Shown: positions 27,301-32,000 of the stretch, piece by piece | Layout of the letters: each line of letters opens with the position of its first letter | Position numbering within the stretch: position 1 is the first letter of the stretch | Origin: Trichodesmium erythraeum IMS101 | Lineage (GTDB): Bacteria > Cyanobacteriota > Cyanobacteriia > Cyanobacteriales > Microcoleaceae | Assembly: GCF_000014265.1 (NCBI RefSeq) | Contig: NC_008312.1 | Location: 870,001 to 902,000, forward strand | Direction: 5' to 3' | DNA length: 32,000 bases | Made by a program: the position numbers and the translations under genes | Notes under the pieces: model-generated | The model's input: only the letters and a program-made list of their open reading frames with translations | Told to the model about the DNA's origin: nothing | Database searches by the model: none

Positions 27301-30300
27301 GAATTCAAACAACAAGGCTTCATTTCTGCTCGCACCACCTCCAGTGGCAACGGAGGCAACATAAATATTCAAGCACCAGAAAAAATCAACATTACAGGAG
27401 ACGGAAAAATATCAGCGGAAACCACAGGGAGTGGAAATGCAGGCACCATCAATATCCAAACAGAAAACCTCAACCTATCAGAGCAAGTAGCCATAAGTGC
27501 CGAAACCAACAGTCAAGGTCAAGCCGGAAACATTGAAATTAACTCCCAAACAGTTACCATAGGAAAAGGCACAGAAATAAGTGCAACAGCCGGAAAAAAA
27601 GCAACAAGCACCGGAGATGGAGGCAACATCACCATCAACACCAACGACCTAGAAATCTCAGGAAAACTAGGAATATTCGCGGAAACCAAAGGAGCATCAA
27701 ACGCCGGAACCTTAACCATCACCCCTTATAAAACCAACCCAGACCTCAATAGCAAAACCGACCCAAACATCAATATTACCTTCACCGACCAAGGCTTCAT
27801 TTCTGCTAGCACCAAATCTCTAGGAAAGGGAGGCGACATCAATATATTAGCACCAGAAAACATAAATATTACAGGAGATGGTCGGATAACAGTTGAAGCC
27901 AAAGGTAGTGGAGACGCAGGCATTATTAACATTGAAACAAAAAACCTGACAATAGCCGAAAACACAAAAATATCAGCATCCACATCCGACAGCGGAAACG
28001 GAGGCGAAATCAAAATTAATTCTAGTGAAACATTCCAACAACAAGGCCGAATATTAACAGAAACCACAGGAACAGGAGATGGAGGCATTATCAACATTGA
28101 AGCAGGAGAAATAACTGCGCCTAACAGCAAGATATCAGCTAAAAGTACCGGGGCGGGCAACGCAGGTACAATAGATATTACTGCCCAAGGAGATATTACC
28201 ACAGGAGTTGTTACCTCCGCCGCCAAAAATAAAAGAGAAACTGCTGACGGAGGTAGCATCAGTATTACCAGTCAACAAGGAAAAATTAACGCCACCCGAG
28301 CAATTCAATCATTTTCAGAAGGAGGCAACGCCGGAAATGTTACCCTCAAAGCCCAAACAGACATAACTGCCAATACCATAAGTTCTCACGGAAAGCAAGA
28401 GGGTGGTCAAATAACCATCAGATCAGAAACCGGAAATATTGACACCAGTAGTGGTAAATTCTTAGCCAACTATTCAGGAGGCGGTGACGCGGGAGACATT
28501 ACAATGGAAGCACCCCAAGGAAATATTACCACAAATAATATCTATTCCTACGCCGACGGAGACGGAGGTCAAATAAACATTAAAGCCGGAAACAATATTA
28601 ATATAGAAGCAAACAGTAATATTATTTCTGCATCAGAGCCACCAAGTGAGGGAAACAGTGACAAACAAGGAAAAGGAGGAGATATTACTCTAGAAGCAGG
28701 CAACAATATTAATACTACAGCAGCTAATATATATTCTGGTGCCAACGAGGGCGACACAGGACAAATTGATATTACTGCAGATAACGCAATAGAAACAGGT
28801 AAAATAGACTTAGCATCAGGTTTTGTCAGACAAGAAACAAAAGTAAACCAAAACCTGGTCCTCATCCCTAAACCAGGAGAACCAGCCACCAAAGGAAAAG
28901 CTGGAGACATCAGACTCCGCAGCAGAAACAGTACAATAGACACCACCGGTGGCACAATAAATTCTCGTTCCCCAGACGGCACCGGAGATATTATTATCAA
29001 TGCCAAAGGAAATATTAGCACAGGGAAATTAGAAGCCAGCGCCCTTAACCCAGACAACCCTACCACAGGTGGAGACGTTAATATTACCAGCGAGCAAGGA
29101 GAAATTAATGCAACTCAAAACATAGAAACCTTCTCAGAAAAAGGTACAGCAGGAGATGTAAATATTACTGCAGCGGGTCATATCAATACAAACACCATTC
29201 GTTCAGATGGAATGGAACAGGGAGGAGATATTAATATTAGGAGCGATAGTGAAAGTAGCATAGATGCAGCAGGAGCATTACAAACATATTCAGATGCAGG
29301 AACAGCAGGAAACGTCAACCTCACATCCCCAGGGAATGTTAATATTAGCGGCATTCGTTCAGAAGGAATGGAGCAGGGAGGTGATATTACACTGAAGAGT
29401 CAAGGAGGAGAAATTAACTCTACAGGCGATATAGACTCCTATTCAAAACAAGGAAAAGGAGGATACGTCAAAGTAGATGCCCCAGAAAGAGTAAATTTAG
29501 CAAATGTATCATCCTACGGCATGACAGAAAGTGGTGACTTAATTACTCAGAGCCAACAAGCAGAAGTTAATACAGGAAATGTCACAACACAAGCTTCAGA
29601 GGGAAAGAGTGGACGTATAGTCATCAACGGAACAGAAGTAGGTACGGGAAATTTAAGTTCTATCGCAGGAACAAGCGCCGGGGAAATTAATGTAGAAGCA
29701 ACAGATGGTTCTATTGCCACCTATGATATAGAAATGACATCAGGTGGTACACTAGGAGCTTTAACACTGAGAGCACCAGAAAATATTAACACAGGAGACA
29801 TTCGTCAAAAAGCAGGAGAGGGAGATGCGAATGCAAATATATTTTCAGGAGGAAACCAAACCACAGGAAATATTAGTCAAGAAGCAGGCAATAATACTAA
29901 CCTAAATCAAAATGCAGGAGAGAATATAAATGCAGGGAATATCGAACAAAATGCTGGTAATAATACTAACCTAAATCAAACTGCAGGAGAGAATATAAAT
30001 GCAGGGAATATCGAACAAAATGCTGGTAATAATACTAACCTAAATCAAACTGCAGGAGAGAATATAAATGTAGGGAATATCGAACAAAATGCGGGTAATA
30101 ATACTAACCTAAATCAAACTGCAGGAGAGAATATAAATACAGGGGATATCGAACAAAATGCGGGTAATAATACTAACCTAAATCAAACTGCAGGAGAGAA
30201 TATAAATACAGGGGATATCGAACAAAATGCGGGTAATAATACTAACCTAAATCAAACTGCAGGAGAGAATATAAATACAGGGGATATCGAACAAAATGCT

Positions 30301-31950
30301 AGTAATAATACTAGTATTTATCAAATTGCAGAAGGAGAGATTAATACACCAGTCATTAATCAAACTTTCGGTAATGAGACTACGCTCAATCAAATATCAG
30401 TAAGAGATGTTAATACACCAGTAATTTCTAATAACAATATACCTAATAATCAAGGACTTAATCAAGAAAATTTCTCTAATAATAACAATAACAATATTGA
30501 GAATAATTCCACTACAAATTCCTCAAACAATAAAAACATTTCATCAACCCTTACCCAGTCTCAAAGGTCTGAATTAATTTCAACTTCTACCCCCAGCAAC
30601 AATAACCAAACAACTAATACAAATACAGCCCAAGAACAAACAGAATCATCTATTAATAGTACAACGGATACCCAAAAAATCTTAAACATAATTGATACCG
30701 TCAATACCAATTCCTTGACAGTTGCGACTGGTTCAGACCAAGTAATAACAATGTTAGAACAAAACCTTACTAACGAATATTCTAATTACTTTGGAACAGA
30801 TTTTAAGGAACAATTTATTAACCAAAAAACACCCCGAGAAATCTTAACCGATATGGCTGCTAAAACAGGAAAAGAATCTGCAGTTGTTTATATTAATGCT
30901 TATCCAGAGGAATTACAAATAATTTTATATACCAAAGATGGTCAACCTATTCTTAAAACTATCCCGGAAGCTAACCGTAAAAAATTAGAGAAAGTAGTTA
31001 TAAATTTCCTCAAATTAACGACAAGTCCTGCCTATCGTGATTTTAATAGTTATCTATCACCAGCAAAACAATTATATGATTGGTTCATTGCACCTATATC
31101 AGCAGAATTAGAAGCAGCAAATATCGATACCTTATTGTTCAGTATGGGTGAAGGTTTACGTATTTTACCAGTGGCAGCATTACATGATGGAAAGCAATTT
31201 TTAATTGAGAAATATAGCCTAAGTTTAATTCCGAGTATCAGCTTAATGGATACAAATTATCGCCCACTTCAAGGTACTCAAGTATTAGCTATGGGAGCTA
31301 GTAAATTTATCAATGAAAAACCTTTACCAGCAGTACCTGTGGAGATAGAAACAATTTCTGAACAGTTATGGGAAGGTAGTAAATTTTTAAACGAAGAATT
31401 TACCAAGAATAATTTGTTAACTCAAAGAAAAAATTATCCCTATCCTATTATTCACTTAGCTACCCATGCAACATTTAATAGAGGAAAACCTAGTAATTCT
31501 TACATTCAGCTATGGGGTAATGAACAAATAAAGTTAGACCAAGTGCGGGAGTTGGGTTGGAGTACCCCATCGGTTGACTTGTTGGTATTGTCTGCTTGTC
31601 GCACTGCTGTAGGAAATAGAGAAGCGGAATTAGGGTTTGCAGGGTTAGCAGTAGCAGCGGGAGTGAAGTCAGCCTTAACGAGCCTTTGGACTGTAAGTGA
31701 TGAAGGGACATTGGCATTAATGACAGAGTTTTATACTCATTTGAATGATGCTAAGATCAAGTCAGAGGCATTAAGACAGGCGCAGTTAGCAATGCTGCAA
31801 GGGCAGGTGCTTATTACAGGTGGGGAGTTGAGGGGAAGCAGCACTCGTGGTGGGGTGGAGCTACCTTCGGCGTTCGCAAATGTAAACAATCAAAATTTAT
31901 CTCATCCTTATTACTGGGCAGGGTTTACTATAGTTGGTAGTCCTTGGTAA
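21343..31950 (+). CDS. Giant TpsA-like exoprotein: signal peptide, TPS/haemagglutination domain, beta-helix shaft, P-domain, repeat arrays and a C-terminal CHAT caspase-like protease domain
   Basis: One uninterrupted 10.6-kb frame (GTG 21340 / ATG 21343). Signal peptide ends at 'TTPANS|Q'. TPS motifs are 'NVFHSFDKFNV' and 'LFLMNPAGIMFGPNASLNV'. G/N/I/T/D-rich beta-helix coils run for about 2,800 aa. The P-domain block is 'DVRFSAAHTYNKQLEVSLESP...NGTWTLTVKD'. The CHAT block is 'IIHLATHATF...LLVLSACRTAVG...HPYYWAGFTIVGSPW'. Confidence 0.9.
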   Translation: MKPNSSKLCTIKALSLILGTLATTPANSQPITPAKDGTNTTVTPQGQQFNIKGGTRSGANVFHSFDKFNVHSGQTANFVTTPDTRNVLGRVKGGASYINGLIQVLGSSSNLFLMNPAGIMFGPNASLNVPASFSVTTATGIGFDQNNFWFKAMGTNDYSNLLGSPSGYRFDVSKPGSIVNEGSLTLNSGENLTLLGGTVVNTGELSSPGGNITVTAVEGGSTLKISQPGHLLSLEVPLEDGENISNIDPLSLPELLAGGGDVVEATSVIVKENGDVVLTGSNTMVAETPGTATISGKIDVSTTASSLQNEGGASFGSQVNVWGDRVALIDTNIKADGKNGGGTVLIGGDFQGLGIVPNSQHTFVNNNSFISADAITNGDGGQVRIWSDGITNFAGNISAKGGTSSGNGGLVKIGGKEQLIFDGKVDVTAALGTEGTILLDPESVTVGEDNSEGEKEIVEDNSEVSETENTDNYDGEIIEDNSEVSETENTDNSTTKNTDNLEDKETENPLDPFAADENSDVTISADNLGELSGNVIIDADNDITINERIETDSSVELKAGRSININADIDTKSGNGNIDLLGNNDEMNLANRSDGKASINQLDGTILNAGSGGINIKLGSLGEVGDINLGNLRTTGKVLVDANGGNIVRVSENSLINAGSVLFRTSGNGGIGFVGEPLRLDVQNLEAVSGSGGVFFDVGNVNIGGVSEDVDGIATFGGDVDIKSAGNVTLNETISSNEVVENNSEATSTENTEVVDGGGGINIEAAGDIVATGSGIKGGGEAVSLSGTNIRINDEFDETSGDADVKLSATNDIVVEDIEDDALEFMPGRGKIEFRADLDGDGFGLVEMLDNKPDVGSNPDVFDNGADTIKTNGRGLTIAGAGLVLGNVDTSWLPVYSGGELLKAIDVDEGGPIPPGVEDKSGLISEEDFDWSSSGVDDEGRYYGGKITIDGQSYNVYYDGYDDEKKVSKYTINGQSYYQAGVEGKLYYVPATKTWEDTATFTFTVDGDLGTVKNIDVRFSAAHTYNKQLEVSLESPQKTKVQLFTGVGSYGGENFQDTVLDDNASRSIDNGLAPFDGTYRPQGSLADFNGENPNGTWTLTVKDTNIEYGNGTLYRAGETAHWGTTAIGTQLLLRNPLVQIAAGGNGGAINLEATHGDISVGNIRSLSETANGGRIDLNANKDIISGLINSSSERGNGGDVNLNAISGEISTFSLDTSSFDGDGGSVEMKALGDITTKAEMMTDSGEFFVDDYGYVENTSGGGGNAGNIKIESTEGSIDTKAGSISAGSVSGNGGAIDLDAGGDIKTENLYPGSYSRSGNSGNGGAIDLDAGGDIKTENLYPGSYSRSGNSGNGGAIDLDAGGDIKTENLYPGSYSRSGNSGNGGAIDLDAGGDITTQYLYSSSYSESGNSGNGGAIDLDAGGDIKTENLYPGSDSSSGNSGNGGAIDLDAGGDITTQYLYSGSDSWEDNSYSGSYSGSGKSGNGGAIDLDAGGDITTQDLDSRSFSYGGDSGNGGDITLNAKQINPPEDGNAEKLTIYTFSVGSTDSKKAGDVNITTNNLSNTDILTLSSHSESGKVTIKSKTQEPLQIKDSSIITSEQVTVEIFGEQIQIETGNTQSGDVFINSDGDLNLNNVTIESDTKSNQAAGDVNIYSRGNITLENTDIISTTNSQGNAGQITLETNENIELTNNSKILANTEGTGNAGQINIEANNLILDQNTKLITETARAGNPGDIKIQANTIDIGEGAKASTTVLTGSTSTGEGGNITINTNKLNVTGKLGIFAETEASKNAGILRISPYKNNPDLDITFKNDGFISASTSSTGNGGNIFIKAPENINITGQGFIATKTSGTGNAGIIDIKTNNLRISNGVKINASTEDQGNAGAIKINTTDFTLKKGTSLTTETNSAGLAGNIEINTKKLTIGQNAQISATALEGASNKEAGGNITINANNLDISGKLGIFAETAGESPAGTLTLNPYKNNPNLNIEFKQQGFISARTTSSGNGGNINIQAPEKINITGDGKISAETTGSGNAGTINIQTENLNLSEQVAISAETNSQGQAGNIEINSQTVTIGKGTEISATAGKKATSTGDGGNITINTNDLEISGKLGIFAETKGASNAGTLTITPYKTNPDLNSKTDPNINITFTDQGFISASTKSLGKGGDINILAPENINITGDGRITVEAKGSGDAGIINIETKNLTIAENTKISASTSDSGNGGEIKINSSETFQQQGRILTETTGTGDGGIINIEAGEITAPNSKISAKSTGAGNAGTIDITAQGDITTGVVTSAAKNKRETADGGSISITSQQGKINATRAIQSFSEGGNAGNVTLKAQTDITANTISSHGKQEGGQITIRSETGNIDTSSGKFLANYSGGGDAGDITMEAPQGNITTNNIYSYADGDGGQINIKAGNNINIEANSNIISASEPPSEGNSDKQGKGGDITLEAGNNINTTAANIYSGANEGDTGQIDITADNAIETGKIDLASGFVRQETKVNQNLVLIPKPGEPATKGKAGDIRLRSRNSTIDTTGGTINSRSPDGTGDIIINAKGNISTGKLEASALNPDNPTTGGDVNITSEQGEINATQNIETFSEKGTAGDVNITAAGHINTNTIRSDGMEQGGDINIRSDSESSIDAAGALQTYSDAGTAGNVNLTSPGNVNISGIRSEGMEQGGDITLKSQGGEINSTGDIDSYSKQGKGGYVKVDAPERVNLANVSSYGMTESGDLITQSQQAEVNTGNVTTQASEGKSGRIVINGTEVGTGNLSSIAGTSAGEINVEATDGSIATYDIEMTSGGTLGALTLRAPENINTGDIRQKAGEGDANANIFSGGNQTTGNISQEAGNNTNLNQNAGENINAGNIEQNAGNNTNLNQTAGENINAGNIEQNAGNNTNLNQTAGENINVGNIEQNAGNNTNLNQTAGENINTGDIEQNAGNNTNLNQTAGENINTGDIEQNAGNNTNLNQTAGENINTGDIEQNASNNTSIYQIAEGEINTPVINQTFGNETTLNQISVRDVNTPVISNNNIPNNQGLNQENFSNNNNNNIENNSTTNSSNNKNISSTLTQSQRSELISTSTPSNNNQTTNTNTAQEQTESSINSTTDTQKILNIIDTVNTNSLTVATGSDQVITMLEQNLTNEYSNYFGTDFKEQFINQKTPREILTDMAAKTGKESAVVYINAYPEELQIILYTKDGQPILKTIPEANRKKLEKVVINFLKLTTSPAYRDFNSYLSPAKQLYDWFIAPISAELEAANIDTLLFSMGEGLRILPVAALHDGKQFLIEKYSLSLIPSISLMDTNYRPLQGTQVLAMGASKFINEKPLPAVPVEIETISEQLWEGSKFLNEEFTKNNLLTQRKNYPYPIIHLATHATFNRGKPSNSYIQLWGNEQIKLDQVRELGWSTPSVDLLVLSACRTAVGNREAELGFAGLAVAAGVKSALTSLWTVSDEGTLALMTEFYTHLNDAKIKSEALRQAQLAMLQGQVLITGGELRGSSTRGGVELPSAFANVNNQNLSHPYYWAGFTIVGSPW
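21427..22210 (+). other. TPS (two-partner secretion / filamentous haemagglutinin N-terminal) domain
   Basis: The conserved FHSF..FNV block (aa 61-71) and an NPNGI-type motif, here NPAGI (aa 116-120, nt 21685-21699), in the spacing usual for TpsA proteins. The C-terminal boundary is approximate. Confidence 0.8.
22684..22850 (+). repeat. 60-nt acidic tandem repeat, about 2.5 copies (E-I-[VI]-EDNSEVSETENTDN)
   Basis: 43-nt cores at 22717-22759 and 22777-22819 differ by 1 nt, flanked by partial copies. A related acidic motif 'ENNSEATSTENTE' recurs at about 23560-23600. Confidence 0.85.
24334..24745 (+). other. Proprotein-convertase-type P-domain with no adjacent subtilisin domain
   Basis: 'TFTFTVDGDLGTVKNIDVRFSAAHTYNKQLEVSLESPQKTKVQLF...FQDTVLDDNASRSIDNGLAPFDGTYRPQGSLADFNGENPNGTWTLTVKDTNIEYGNG' follows the P_proprotein pattern (hallmarks 'D..A...i....aPf.G.yrP...L..F.G....G.W.L.v.D'). 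No D/H/S subtilase motifs occur upstream. Confidence 0.7.
25211..25903 (+). repeat. 90-nt (30-aa) in-frame tandem array, about 8 units (NSGNGGAIDLDAGGDIKTENLYPGSYSRSG)
   Basis: Units start at 25211, 25301, 25391, 25481, 25571, 25661, 25784 and 25874. The first three (25211-25480, 270 nt) are identical at every base. The sixth unit carries a 33-nt insertion and the last is partial. Confidence 0.95.
26443..28200 (+). repeat. Three full copies and one partial copy of a 450-540-nt super-repeat, each of about 6-7 beta-helix coils
   Basis: Unit starts at 26443 (GNAGQINIEANN), 26896 (GNAGIIDIKTNN), 27433 (GNAGTINIQTEN) and 27910 (GDAGIINIETKN). The shared internal landmark 'GGNITIN.N.L..(S/T)GKLGIFAET...PYK.NP.L.I.F...GFISA.T.S.G.GG.I.I.APE.INITG.G' appears in all three full units. 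Confidence 0.8.
29884..30366 (+). repeat. 69-nt (23-aa) in-frame tandem array, 6 good units plus 1 degenerate unit (AGNNTNLNQTAGENIN.G.IEQN)
   Basis: Unit starts at 29884, 29953, 30022, 30091, 30160, 30229 and 30298 (degenerate). Units 4-6 (30091-30297, 207 nt) are identical, and units 2 and 3 differ by 1 nt. Confidence 0.95.
30750..31947 (+). other. CHAT domain (clan CD caspase-like cysteine protease fold)
   Basis: Predicted His in 'PIIHLATHATF' (H3376, nt 31465-31467) and Cys in 'DLLVLSACRTAVG' (C3420, nt 31597-31599). The CHAT-typical tail 'LSHPYYWAGFTIVGSPW' lies at the exact C-terminus. The N-terminal boundary is approximate. Confidence 0.85.
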
Positions 31951-32000
31951 TAAAAATGACCAACTAACATTCAACATCTTCAAATGTAGTCAACTTATTC

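Noticed and set aside
26454-28259. Four long minus-strand ORFs (91, 208, 67 and 177 aa) antisense to the giant gene
   Set aside because: They lie in the A+C-rich, T-poor part of the sense strand. That composition removes the TTA/CTA/TCA triplets that would form antisense stop codons. Their translations are low-complexity Pro/Leu/Val/Ser strings with no domain features. The sense frame is unbroken and has clear domain content.
25211-30366. Considered whether the 90-nt and 69-nt tandem arrays could be CRISPR arrays
   Set aside because: The units are directly adjacent with no unique spacers. They are in frame inside a continuous ORF and encode beta-helix coil motifs. No cas genes or leader sequence are present.
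29884-30366. Considered a diversity-generating retroelement (template/variable repeat pair) to explain the near-identical repeats with localised differences
   Set aside because: No reverse transcriptase gene lies in the window. The differences are not restricted to adenine positions of a template copy, and the copies are tandem rather than a TR/VR pair.
1-32000. Scan for tRNA, rRNA and tmRNA-like sequences (T-arm GGTTCGAATCC-type motifs, conserved rRNA blocks)
   Set aside because: None was found. The only 'ggttcga' occurrence (about 9271) lies inside glmU and has no cloverleaf context.

Overview
AT-rich cyanobacterial chromosome segment. Supporting signs are 9 perfect HIP1 octamers (GCGATCGC), a PEP-CTERM protein and several cyanobacteria-type domains; it looks Nostocales-like, but that is only an impression. 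nt 1-16.7 kb hold ordinary mixed genes: a 5'-truncated MBOAT O-acyltransferase, a secreted TPR protein, a rhodanese sulfurtransferase, two membrane hypotheticals, a MnmC-type tRNA methyltransferase domain protein, glmU, two tandem quinone-oxidoreductase-like dehydrogenases, a frameshifted Uma2 relic, a PEP-CTERM protein and a sodium:solute symporter. A decayed IS5-family transposase relic (about 16.8-17.6 kb) separates this part from a HIP1-free accessory block (17.7-32 kb). That block carries three co-oriented genes: a TPR membrane protein, a secreted FecR-like/TPR protein, and a 10.6-kb gene for a 3,536-aa exoprotein. The exoprotein has a signal peptide, a two-partner-secretion (TPS/haemagglutinin-type) domain, a long beta-helix shaft with several repeat classes, an orphan proprotein-convertase P-domain, an N/S/T/Q-rich linker and a C-terminal CHAT (caspase-like) protease domain. 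The only cysteine in the mature protein is the predicted CHAT nucleophile. The gene is a strong compositional mosaic and contains perfect in-frame tandem arrays of 90 nt and 69 nt. No TpsB transporter, tRNA, rRNA or CRISPR array is visible in the window.
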